From: Candidatus Aenigmatarchaeota archaeon
GTDB taxonomy: Archaea; Aenigmatarchaeota; Aenigmatarchaeia; GW2011-AR5
Direction of reading: 5' to 3'
Assembly: GCA_039091535.1 (NCBI GenBank)
Contig: JAWCLW010000002.1
Span: 46,690 to 110,689, forward strand
DNA length: 64,000 nt
Shown piece by piece: positions 39,202 through 48,396 of the stretch. How positions within the stretch are numbered: the first letter of the stretch is position 1; each line of letters begins with the position of its first letter. The translations under genes and the position numbers were made by a program. Under the pieces are notes generated by a model. That model had not been told where the DNA came from and did no database searches. It saw nothing but the letters and a program-made list of their open reading frames with translations.

Positions 39202-40454
39202 TAGATTATCACCTGATTTCTTATCCATTCAAGGTTTCGTGAGAATAAATATCTTATATCATTTATCCCAAGTTTATACATAGCCAATCTATCTATCCCG
39301 AATCCCCATGCAATAACAGGAAGATCTATGCCTAATGGTTTTAGCATCTCTTCCCTAAATATACCTGCTCCAGCCATCTCCATCCAACCAAGTTTTGGAT
39401 GTTTTGCAGATATCTGGACACTTGGTTCTGTAAATGGGTAATAATCAGAAAAGAATTTTACCTCCTTTATACCAGTTATTTCATAAACAAACATTTTAAG
39501 CAAACCTAATAGATGTTTAAAGTTCAAATTTTCTGCAATAACAAACCCACCCATTTGATTGAATTCTACACCATGTGTAGCATCTATTACATCAGGTCTG
39601 TAACATCTAACTATGCTAAAATATTTTCCTGGGATTTCCACACCCTTTGATAAATATCTTGGAGATATAGCAGTATCATGTGCACGTGGCATTAGTTGTG
39701 ATGCTTTTTTTGGGTTCCATTTATATTGCCAACCTGTACTTTCTGTTTTCCATCCATTTTCATGTGTAGATTTAACATTTCTGACCAATTCTTTATTTGG
39801 TAATGAACCATATTTCGGATATTTTAATGAATATGTTTGTGTCCAGTCTCTTGATGGATGATTTTGTGGTTGAAATAATGCATCAAAATTCCAAAATTCT
39901 GTTTCTATTGTCGGGCCTTCCATTTCTATAAAACCAATCTCAATTAATTTTTGTCTCACATCTGCCAAGAATTTGGAATATGGTTGTCTTTTACCTGGAT
40001 ATATTTTTCTTCCAACAATTTCAACATTATATGGTCTAAACTTTACATCCTTCCATTTACCTGTTTTAATTAATTCCTCTGTAAGATTTGTAATATCCAT
40101 ATTAACAAGCTTTTCTGCTTTTTTAAGAATCGTTTCTCTTTCTTTATCAATTAATTTTCTTTGTATTAGAATAGAGAGTATTCTTTCATCTGCATTTCGA
40201 CCTTCTTCTATATCCCTTAACGCTAATTCTTCTGGTACTATTTTTGGTTTATTCTTTAAAAATATTTTATTATTTTTTATTTCAATCCAATTATTTTTTT
40301 TAGCCCATTGAATTGCTATTGAGAAATTTTCAATCTGATTTTTTGCTTTATTTAGATCGATTGGGCCATTTAATAATAATTTGACTAGATTTTTTTCGGG
40401 TAACCCATTGATTAAATATTTTTTTCCCTCTTCTGTCAAAATATACTTAGACAT
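39201..40454 (-). CDS. pheS: phenylalanyl-tRNA synthetase alpha subunit
   Basis: Class II motifs FQPQNHPSRD and GFGIDRLAM. Confidence 0.9.
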   Translation of the reverse strand: MSKYILTEEGKKYLINGLPEKNLVKLLLNGPIDLNKAKNQIENFSIAIQWAKKNNWIEIKNNKIFLKNKPKIVPEELALRDIEEGRNADERILSILIQRKLIDKERETILKKAEKLVNMDITNLTEELIKTGKWKDVKFRPYNVEIVGRKIYPGKRQPYSKFLADVRQKLIEIGFIEMEGPTIETEFWNFDALFQPQNHPSRDWTQTYSLKYPKYGSLPNKELVRNVKSTHENGWKTESTGWQYKWNPKKASQLMPRAHDTAISPRYLSKGVEIPGKYFSIVRCYRPDVIDATHGVEFNQMGGFVIAENLNFKHLLGLLKMFVYEITGIKEVKFFSDYYPFTEPSVQISAKHPKLGWMEMAGAGIFREEMLKPLGIDLPVIAWGFGIDRLAMYKLGINDIRYLFSRNLEWIRNQVII

Positions 40455-40533
40455 AATTATTCACTATATTAATTTTTATTTAAGAATATAATTAGAATTT
40501 AAACTTTTAAAATCAAAAACCTAATGATTATTT

Positions 40534-42021
40534 ATGAAAAATGAAAATAGAATAGAAGAAATAGCTAAGCGCCGTGGTTTTTTTTGGCAATCGTCAGAGA
40601 TTTATGGTGGTCTTTCTGGATTCTATGATTATGCACATTTAGGTACATTGATGAAAAAAAAGTTGGAAAACATATGGAGAAAATATTTTCTTAATTTGGA
40701 TGATAATTTTTATGAGATAGAAACAACAAATATAATGCCTGAAAATGTCTTTCGTGCATCTGGTCATATTCAATCATTTGTTGACCCAATTGTAAAATGC
40801 AAGAAGTGTGGAAATATAGAAAGGGCTGATCAATTGATAGAGGAAGAATTAAAAGAAACTTTCGAAGGTCTTACGTCAGAAGAATTATTAAATATAATAA
40901 AAAAACATAACATAAAATGTAATAAATGTAATGGATCATTAGAAGAAATCGGAACATTCAATTTAATGTTTTCACTTATGGTTGGAAATAATATAAAAGC
41001 ATATCTAAGACCAGAAACAGCACAAGGTGTTTATATCAATTTTAAAAGAGAATTTGAATGTCTAAGAAAAAAACTACCTTTTGGTTTAGCAATAATTGGT
41101 AAAGCGTTTAGAAATGAGATAAGTCCAAGAAACTTATTGATGCGTATGCGTGAATTTACACAGGCAGAGTTACAGATATTTTTTGACCCAGAAAAAATAA
41201 ATGAACATAAAAATTTTGATGAGATGAAGAACTATAAATTGAGAATATTTCCTGTTTCAAATAGAAAAACAAAAAAAATAGAAGAAATGTCATGTGATGA
41301 CGTTAATAAAAAATTGCATCTTCCAAAATTTTATGTTTATTATATGGGAAAAATACAACAATTTTATCTTGATATATTAAAATTTCCATATGAGAAATTT
41401 AGATTCTATGAATTGAGCGATGAAGAAAAAGCATTTTACAATAAATATCACTGGGATATAGAATTAGAGTTTTCGTTTGGATGGAAAGAGGTTGCTGGTT
41501 TGCATTATAGAACAGATAACGACCTAATAGGACATCAGAAAGTATCGAAACAAGATTTATCAATATTTTTTAATGGTAGAAAATTTATTCCACATGTTGT
41601 TGAGCTTTCATTTGGTATTGATAGAAATATACTTGCCCTCTTAGATATTTTTTATAAAGAAGAAAAAGAAAGAACAATATTTTTATTCCCAAGATTGCTT
41701 GCGCCTTTTGATTGTGCTGTTTTTCCATTGATAAAAAGATATGATTTAGAAAAAAAAGCAGAAGAAATAAAAAAGATTCTTAATAGTATGAACTATATTG
41801 TATTCTATGATGATTCGGGTTCAATTGGACGCAGATATAGGAGAATGGATGAAATTGGTGTTAGTTGTTGTATAACTATTGATCATAAGACGTTAGAAGA
41901 TAATACAGTAACAATACGAGATAGAGATTCAATGAAACAAATTAGAGTGAAAATAAATGATTTATGTGTAGCACTTTTCAAATTTTTGAATGGCGAAAAA
42001 TTAGAAAAGTTGGGGATTTAA
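40534..42021 (+). CDS. glyS: glycyl-tRNA synthetase (archaeal/eukaryal alpha2 type)
   Basis: RGFFWQSSEIYGGLSGFYDY, RPETAQG and SFGIDR, with a C-terminal anticodon-binding domain. Confidence 0.9.
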   Translation: MKNENRIEEIAKRRGFFWQSSEIYGGLSGFYDYAHLGTLMKKKLENIWRKYFLNLDDNFYEIETTNIMPENVFRASGHIQSFVDPIVKCKKCGNIERADQLIEEELKETFEGLTSEELLNIIKKHNIKCNKCNGSLEEIGTFNLMFSLMVGNNIKAYLRPETAQGVYINFKREFECLRKKLPFGLAIIGKAFRNEISPRNLLMRMREFTQAELQIFFDPEKINEHKNFDEMKNYKLRIFPVSNRKTKKIEEMSCDDVNKKLHLPKFYVYYMGKIQQFYLDILKFPYEKFRFYELSDEEKAFYNKYHWDIELEFSFGWKEVAGLHYRTDNDLIGHQKVSKQDLSIFFNGRKFIPHVVELSFGIDRNILALLDIFYKEEKERTIFLFPRLLAPFDCAVFPLIKRYDLEKKAEEIKKILNSMNYIVFYDDSGSIGRRYRRMDEIGVSCCITIDHKTLEDNTVTIRDRDSMKQIRVKINDLCVALFKFLNGEKLEKLGI

Positions 42022-42068
42022 TATAATTTGTTTTACTTTATATTTTTAATGATATATTTGATTTAAAT

Positions 42069-42578
42069 ATGCAATTAAAATTAAACTTTAATATGAAAAA
42101 CAAAATAATATTTTTGATTATTATAGTTATAGTTGTTGGAATTATGGAAATCTATTTCTTGCAAAAATTAAATGAATCAATAGAATCTTCCAATTTTCAG
42201 GATATTGTCTTTTTTTCTTTAGTGAAAGGATGTGCTGAAACTGATAAAGGAATGGCAACCAAATTGATAAATGAAACAGAGCAAGAACCAAAAATAGAAG
42301 TTTATGGAAATGAGATTTTATATTCAAGAGCTATAAAACATCTTTGTTGTAGAAAAGTAGAGATTGAAAAAGAAATAGCAAAACCAGTTATAAATATCTA
42401 CGAAGTATGGAGTGGTAACGGTTGTAGATGTATATGCTTTTCTGAAATACAGGCAAAACTCCAGATTGTACCTTCGGGATTCTATGTTATAAATGTTTAC
42501 GAGAAAGGGACACAACCTGAAAGTGGAGAGCCAATGAATCAAACAACAATTATTTCTCAAAATATTATTATTCAATAA
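42069..42578 (+). CDS. hypothetical Cys-containing exported/membrane-anchored protein
   Basis: N-terminal TM (IIFLIIIVIVVGIMEIYFL) and several Cys residues (CC, CRCIC). Confidence 0.35.
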   Translation: MQLKLNFNMKNKIIFLIIIVIVVGIMEIYFLQKLNESIESSNFQDIVFFSLVKGCAETDKGMATKLINETEQEPKIEVYGNEILYSRAIKHLCCRKVEIEKEIAKPVINIYEVWSGNGCRCICFSEIQAKLQIVPSGFYVINVYEKGTQPESGEPMNQTTIISQNIIIQ

Positions 42579-42670
42579 TTAGATTATATTTTTTCTAGTG
42601 AGATATAAATCTGTTTTTATGTTCTAAAAAACTACTATACAAGAACTAATTTGATAAAAATATAAAAATA

Positions 42671-43810
42671 TTAAAATCTTCTTTTCATCTTACTTCTCCT
42701 TTGTAGTTGTTGGTTTTTCAATTTTTCATATTTTTTGAGTACTTCTCTTTCCAATTTGTTAAATGCAATTTGTATAATATTTATTGGTTGCCATCCCCAC
42801 GCATGAGATACAAATAAACCAAAAGGTGTTTTAAACCTCACTCTTATAGAGTATTTTATCTTTTTACCACCTTTTTGCATTTTTTCAATATGAATAAAAA
42901 GATATTCAATGTTTTCAATTAATTTTCCAAATTTTTGAATAAACTCATTGACCTGTTGGTCCATCTTTACTTTAAATTCTATATTCTCATTTTGCATACC
43001 TGTAATTTGAACATAAATACCACGTTTTGGTTGAGAGACAAACAACTCTAAAATATCTTTTGGTGTAACTATGCATATAGAACCATTTTGTACTATTATC
43101 TCTTCATATTTCTGAAGCATGGATATAATATCTTTCAGTTTTTTATCACTGCTGACTACAATTGGTTCAGACATTATGGCCTCTGCCGGTGTAATGTTAA
43201 TTCTAAGTTTCTCTTTTGTACCAGCTTCTTTAAGTTTTCCCCCACGAGCATCCATCCGTTCCATACCCTCATAAAGCTTTATCAAATCTAATGTATCAAC
43301 AACACCAATAATTTTGTCTTTTTCGATTACAGGAACCCTTGAAATATTATTTTCTCTCATAATTTTTTTTATTTTTCCGACATTATCATATTTATTTACA
43401 AACAAACATTTTGTTGCTATTTCTGAAATATTTTTATTTGTGTCAAAGAACTTATCAGCTACTTTTAGGATATCTGTTTCAGATATTATACCAATAATCT
43501 TATTTTTTTCAACTACAGGCAATGCACGCAACCCCGAATTAAGAAGCAATTCTATACATTTTTCTATGTTCTCGTCCTTGTTTATTGTTGGCACATTTGT
43601 TATCAATGTATGGATCTTTGTTTTTGGATTCAAATCTTTTGTAACAATTTTTTTAATTTCAAGCATACCCATAAATTTATTTTCATCCATCACAACCAAT
43701 TGATGTATTTTATTATTTTTCATTATTCCAAGAGCCTTACTTATTGTATCGTTTGGTGAAATATATTTTACATCCTTTATCATTATATCTTCGACTTTCA
43801 TACAGATCAC
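42671..43810 (-). CDS. four-CBS-domain protein fused to a C-terminal HPF/RaiA (S30AE)-like domain
   Basis: Four CBS repeats in the N-terminal ~250 aa. The C-terminal IYVQITGMQNENIEFKVKMDQQVNEFIQKFGKLIENIEYLFIHIEK...KYSIRVRFKTPFGLFVSHAWGWQPINIIQIAFNKLEREVLKKYEKLK follows the beta-alpha-beta-beta-beta-alpha pattern and the xKLxRQxxKxKxK tail of HPF. Confidence 0.55.
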   Translation of the reverse strand: MICMKVEDIMIKDVKYISPNDTISKALGIMKNNKIHQLVVMDENKFMGMLEIKKIVTKDLNPKTKIHTLITNVPTINKDENIEKCIELLLNSGLRALPVVEKNKIIGIISETDILKVADKFFDTNKNISEIATKCLFVNKYDNVGKIKKIMRENNISRVPVIEKDKIIGVVDTLDLIKLYEGMERMDARGGKLKEAGTKEKLRINITPAEAIMSEPIVVSSDKKLKDIISMLQKYEEIIVQNGSICIVTPKDILELFVSQPKRGIYVQITGMQNENIEFKVKMDQQVNEFIQKFGKLIENIEYLFIHIEKMQKGGKKIKYSIRVRFKTPFGLFVSHAWGWQPINIIQIAFNKLEREVLKKYEKLKNQQLQRRSKMKRRF

Positions 43811-44446
43811 TTAAGGTTTATGGCGGGTAACCATATAATAAGTACAATCTCCTTCGTTATCAACAATTGCCCAAAGCATGCGTGCTCTTATGTTATGAGC
43901 TAATCTTACAGAACGTGACATTTCTTGCCATGAGCAAGTATAATCTTCAGGAACAGCAAACACAATCCATTTTGTATGTTCTTTTGCAGATTTTGGACCT
44001 TTTTTTAATTGAACACCTCGTTCATAAACACGAAAATCACAACCAAATTTAAAACCAGTTCTTACCAATAATCCACGCTCTCTCAGATCTTCATAAACAC
44101 GATATCTCTCAGGAAATCTTCTATCTATTGATGTTGCATGATTATATAAGTCTTGGAATGTCATGATTTTCCCATCTTTTAGAATACGTATGCGGCCCCG
44201 CTTCAATAAAAGTAACGCTTCCACAAGTGCAAGCTCTAATCTATCGCCAATAATTTTTCCATAGTATCCCGGTTCATAAACATGTTCCTTATTTTCAATA
44301 GCAATAACTTTATTTTCTTCTAAAAATGTATCAACAACAACTTTAATCTTTTCAGGTTCAATATATTCTGGTTTCTTTTCTAGTTCCTCTATTATTTCTT
44401 CTTTCTTTTTTTTGCTCATAATACCACTAAATGTATTACTATACAA
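43811..44446 (-). CDS. endA: tRNA-splicing endonuclease (EndA), single-unit size class
   Basis: C-terminal catalytic-domain pattern RGLLVRTGFKFGCDFRVYERG...HTKWIVFAV...VRLAHNIRARMLWAIV, with a KE-rich N-terminal extension. Confidence 0.8.
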   Translation of the reverse strand: MYSNTFSGIMSKKKKEEIIEELEKKPEYIEPEKIKVVVDTFLEENKVIAIENKEHVYEPGYYGKIIGDRLELALVEALLLLKRGRIRILKDGKIMTFQDLYNHATSIDRRFPERYRVYEDLRERGLLVRTGFKFGCDFRVYERGVQLKKGPKSAKEHTKWIVFAVPEDYTCSWQEMSRSVRLAHNIRARMLWAIVDNEGDCTYYMVTRHKP

Positions 44447-44766
44447 AAAGAGTTTAAAAACATTAGTATGATTTAAGTTGGTATTTACTATATAAAATAA
44501 AAATTAACTATAAGTTTGAAATGAAATTAATAACTAATCTCACCTGTTGTGCGGTTGATTGTATAATTTCCAATATTTTATTTTTATTTATAATATCCCA
44601 GTTTCTTATGATACCATCACGTATATCAGCATTAACTAACAGCATATTGATTCTTTTTTTAGTATTTATGTCATTGATCATCAATTCCATATTTTTTTTT
44701 ATTTTTTGTTTAAGCTCTAAAATCTGATTTTCAATACAATTTTATTTTATAGAAAAATTTAAATGA

Positions 44767-44896
44767 TGGGACGAGTGGGATTTTCAGTTCTACTGTAAAT
44801 TCTACAACAGCAGTACATTTGAACCCACGACAGCACGGTCTTTAGCCCAACTTTATATGTTCAGCCGTGTGCTCTCCCGGACTGAGCTATCGTCCC
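44767..44896 (-). tRNA. tRNA-Phe(GAA) with two introns (19 nt in the anticodon loop, 37 nt in the T-loop)
   Basis: The reverse complement reads GGGACGA-TA-GCTC-AGTCCGGGA-GAGC-A-CACGG-[CTGAA+19 nt+GA]-CCGTG-CTGTC-GTGGG-[TTCAAAT plus 37 nt]-CCCAC-TCGTCCC-A. All stems are Watson-Crick. Confidence 0.75.
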
Positions 44897-44898
44897 AA

Positions 44899-45015
44899 CG
44901 CCCCCGGTCGGAAATTCGCAATTATGCTTTATGCATCTTTCTGTCTCGAACCGACGACCTTCTGGTTTCAATTATATTTAACAGCCAGATGCTCTACCAA
45001 CTGAGCTACAGGGGC
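44899..45015 (-). tRNA. tRNA-Asn(GUU) with two introns (12 nt at 37/38, 32 nt in the T-loop)
   Basis: The reverse complement reads GCCCCTG-TA-GCTC-AGTTGGTA-GAGC-A-TCTGG-[CTGTTA+12 nt+A]-CCAGA-AGGTC-GTCGG-[TTCGA+32 nt+TT]-CCGAC-CGGGGGC-G. It is separated from tRNA-Phe by 2 nt. Confidence 0.75.
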
Positions 45016-45056
45016 GTATTCTATTGTATAGAAGAATGAGAATTTAAAAATATTTG

Positions 45057-46130
45057 TTAATCCAAAAATTCTCTTCTTTTCAGTTTTTGTGGGAGATATT
45101 CTTCACTCATGAACTTTAGTCCACGGTGTGATAGGGCTTCGATTTCTGCTTTAATACCTTTTTGTATCATTAAATTTATCTCTTTTTGCCAATATGGTTT
45201 TTTGAACCATTCGTAGTTTAATAATTCTTTTGCACGTTTTATATCAACATCTTTTGCCTTGATTATACATTTTTTTAAATTATATTCAAAAATATCTGAA
45301 ACTGTAAGACCTATAAATTTTGCACTAGGTGTGGCAATTCTATCAGATATATGAGCCAAGCTAATAGATCCAAATTTTATAACAGAATAAATATACCATC
45401 CATAGCTATCCGCATCTGTCATAACGTAAACTGGCAATTTGTATTCTTGATTTAATCTTTGTATAAGTAATCTTGTTCCCCTCGATGGTTGACCACCTGT
45501 CCCAATAAGTATACATTTATTTTTTTGCCAAAATTTATCTTCATGTAGACGCTCAAAACCAGCATTTTTCTCAACAACTAAAACAAAGTTTGCATTTACT
45601 TTTTTAAATTCTATTTCATCCACAGTTGATGGTATTGACCAACCACCACTTCCCAATTTTGACCAGTCTATTCTATCACCACGGTCTTGTATTATTACAT
45701 CACCAGCAACTATGCCCTTTCTGTCTGTTGTTAAATGTAATTGCTCTCGTAATATATCTAAAGCAACCTCTAGATCAATTACTAATGAATCTGATTCACT
45801 CTGCTCATCTATTGTGTTTTCATTACTTTCAGGCAAGGTTCTCTTTAAGTTATAATACATATCTCTTATACTTGCATGTATTTTTTCATCTATTAATGAT
45901 TTACAGAATGATGCAACCATTAAAGTTTGCATGAATTTTTTTGCATATGCAACATTGAAAAAATATCTTTTTGCAGTTTTATCACCCAATGTAAGTTGGC
46001 CCGTTTTTTTATCAAATATTACGTTTGATAAGGCACGTATAGGTATCTCTATGCTTGGATTTTCATTATTGTTAATATCTCTTAAAATCTTTTCACCAAG
46101 TATCTGTAATTCTTTTTTTACATCTTTCAT
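45057..46130 (-). CDS. top6A: DNA topoisomerase VI subunit A (Spo11 family)
   Basis: Toprim acidic motif VYVMTDADSYGW, 357 aa, adjacent to top6B. Confidence 0.9.
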   Translation of the reverse strand: MKDVKKELQILGEKILRDINNNENPSIEIPIRALSNVIFDKKTGQLTLGDKTAKRYFFNVAYAKKFMQTLMVASFCKSLIDEKIHASIRDMYYNLKRTLPESNENTIDEQSESDSLVIDLEVALDILREQLHLTTDRKGIVAGDVIIQDRGDRIDWSKLGSGGWSIPSTVDEIEFKKVNANFVLVVEKNAGFERLHEDKFWQKNKCILIGTGGQPSRGTRLLIQRLNQEYKLPVYVMTDADSYGWYIYSVIKFGSISLAHISDRIATPSAKFIGLTVSDIFEYNLKKCIIKAKDVDIKRAKELLNYEWFKKPYWQKEINLMIQKGIKAEIEALSHRGLKFMSEEYLPQKLKRREFLD

Positions 46131-46160
46131 AATTATTCACCTATAGGAATTTGTTTATAT

Positions 46161-47861
46161 TTATTCTTCTTCATTTTCAGATTCTTCTTTATTCTCTTTT
46201 TTTGTCTCAAATTTTTTATTTTCAGTTTTTTTGTTTTTAACTTCAACACTATTTTCGTCTTTCGTAATAATCTCTTCTTCGGAATCTTTAATTTTTGCCT
46301 TTATTTCTATCAATTCTTTTAATTTTTTTTCAATATCTTTTTTGTCCCTTCCCGTAAGTATTGATAATGACTGTGCAACCTCACCAGCATATCGTTCAAA
46401 GATTTGTAATCTTCTTTTTTGTTCACCTGCACGTCGTTTTCCTGATAAATATAATAATAATTTTCTTCCAGCATCTTGTAATGCTAATTTCATCTCTTTT
46501 ACTATTTCAGGATAAGGAGCAATAGCTTCTTTGCTCTCAGATATAAATGGAACCCATACAGATGCCATATGAACAACAAGTATCATAGGACCTATTGGTA
46601 TGTTATTCCCTGATTGTTGAAGTCCATATCTTTTCCAATCGATATCTTTTACAGCCTCTGTTATAGCACAAGCACCCGCTTGGTACATTAAAGGTACTCT
46701 ATTTGCGAAGCGAAAAACTTCTATTTGACTATCTTGTTTTCCAACTCCATATACAATACCAACTTCTATCTGAAATGGATTACCTCTATAGACACTAGGT
46801 TCTCTTGTCACAGTACATACAAATTCTGCTTCTGGATATTCTTTCTTAAGACTTTTTTCTAGATCTTTTTCTCCTATTGGCGATAAACAATCTAATGGTG
46901 GTCTTTGGACCTTAACATTTTGCATGGCGTTTAGCAATTTTTCTATTTGGTCACGTGTAAGAGAGTTAGGTTTTAGATTAGGATTTAGTTTTGCAACTTT
47001 ACAAATTTCTTTAGCTGTTTTTGATCCAATAGAAGAAAATTCATTTGTAAGGAATGATTGAAGTGTTTTTGAATTTGTTTTTATAAGAAATCTTTGTAAT
47101 ATTCCAAACTCTACACCATATGGATGTAATTTTATTTCTTTTGGTGGTTTTGGAAGCGATTCTGTACTCCTCTGAAATATTGTTTTTGTTCCATCAGGTG
47201 CGCTATATATTATTTTTACAAATGGATTTGCAATTGATGTTTGTTTTAAATAATCATCAATCCCCTGAACCTTCCTATATCTACCTAAAATATCCATCTC
47301 AACACGCAATCCATGACCCTCACTAAAATTGTCCTTGTCTAAAAATTCCTCTTTTACAATCTCTGGTTCATTTTTTGCAGTATTTAAAAATAGTTCACAA
47401 TAATATGTTTTTGTTTTTTCACTAGTCTTAGACCAAACACGTGTTGGGTTTCCTGTTGTAAGTTGTGAGTATAGTAAAACAGCACTTATCCCAATGCCTT
47501 GTTGGCCTCTTGATTGACGTAATCTATGAAATTTTGAACCATAAAGCAATTTTCCAAATATTTTCGGGACTTGCTCTTTTACTATACCTGGTCCATCATC
47601 TTGTACAGATACACGAAATTTATCCCCACCAATATTTTTTACTTTAATGATTATGTCTGGAAGGATACCAGCCTCCTCTCCTGCATCTATGCTATTATCT
47701 ACCGCTTCTTTTACTGCCATCAATAATGCCTTTGTTGGATTATCAAAACCTAATAAATGTTTATTCTTTTCAAAAAATTCTGAAATACTTATTTCTTTCT
47801 GTTCCTTTGCAAACTCTTCTGCTGTTTTCTTTAAAGTTTCGGCCACAAAATCACCTATCAT
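46161..47861 (-). CDS. top6B: DNA topoisomerase VI subunit B (GHKL ATPase)
   Basis: Bergerat-fold motifs EAVDNSIDA, VQDDGPGI and SRGQQGIGIS, with a KE-rich C-terminal tail. Confidence 0.9.
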   Translation of the reverse strand: MIGDFVAETLKKTAEEFAKEQKEISISEFFEKNKHLLGFDNPTKALLMAVKEAVDNSIDAGEEAGILPDIIIKVKNIGGDKFRVSVQDDGPGIVKEQVPKIFGKLLYGSKFHRLRQSRGQQGIGISAVLLYSQLTTGNPTRVWSKTSEKTKTYYCELFLNTAKNEPEIVKEEFLDKDNFSEGHGLRVEMDILGRYRKVQGIDDYLKQTSIANPFVKIIYSAPDGTKTIFQRSTESLPKPPKEIKLHPYGVEFGILQRFLIKTNSKTLQSFLTNEFSSIGSKTAKEICKVAKLNPNLKPNSLTRDQIEKLLNAMQNVKVQRPPLDCLSPIGEKDLEKSLKKEYPEAEFVCTVTREPSVYRGNPFQIEVGIVYGVGKQDSQIEVFRFANRVPLMYQAGACAITEAVKDIDWKRYGLQQSGNNIPIGPMILVVHMASVWVPFISESKEAIAPYPEIVKEMKLALQDAGRKLLLYLSGKRRAGEQKRRLQIFERYAGEVAQSLSILTGRDKKDIEKKLKELIEIKAKIKDSEEEIITKDENSVEVKNKKTENKKFETKKENKEESENEEE

Positions 47862-48342
47862 TAGATTCTAAAAATTTGTATACATTTTTATGTGATACAC
47901 CATTTATCAATTTTTCTATTGCCTTTCTTGCTTTTTCAATATTATCATATTCTCCTATTATTGATACAGTTTTACCATATACACAAATATATGTTTTTGT
48001 AAACATTTCTATTTTTTTTCTACATTTTCCTTTTGTTCCTATTATTCTTGATTTTATTCTTTTTAGTTTATTTTCGTTTTTTGGTAAAACTATAATATAC
48101 AAATCCTTATTTTCATCAATAAGATTTTTGGCAATATCAGGTGAAAATCCACGACCTATTGCTCTAATTATATTTTCTGCACACATTACATTTATTGGAT
48201 CACCACTTATACTGATTTCATCATTAATTATTATTTTTGTTTTTGTCATTTTTTCTATTTGTTTTTTTGTTTGTCCATTTTTCCCTATGAGAACAGATAT
48301 CCTTTCTTCTGGTATGCGCATCATTTTTATCATAAATACCAA
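47851..48342 (-). CDS. KH-domain RNA-binding protein (Dim2/Pno1-like)
   Basis: Two KH GxxG-type motifs (VLIGKNGQTKKQIE and IIGTKGKCRKKIE). It lies next to aIF-1A, as in many archaea. Confidence 0.75.
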   Translation of the reverse strand: MVFMIKMMRIPEERISVLIGKNGQTKKQIEKMTKTKIIINDEISISGDPINVMCAENIIRAIGRGFSPDIAKNLIDENKDLYIIVLPKNENKLKRIKSRIIGTKGKCRKKIEMFTKTYICVYGKTVSIIGEYDNIEKARKAIEKLINGVSHKNVYKFLESNDR

Positions 48343-48396
48343 CTATTTTTTAAATATGTATATTGAAATTTTTATTTAGTCTTAGTAATAGCACCA

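Noticed and set aside
44508-44727. Overlapping 60-aa (-) and 68-aa (+) ORFs between endA and tRNA-Phe
   Set aside because: The two are mutually exclusive and neither has a recognisable motif. The region may simply be the tRNA operon trailer or the endA promoter, so no call could be made.
44857-45039. 60-aa plus-strand ORF
   Set aside because: It lies entirely over the tRNA-Phe/tRNA-Asn genes on the opposite strand, so it is spurious.
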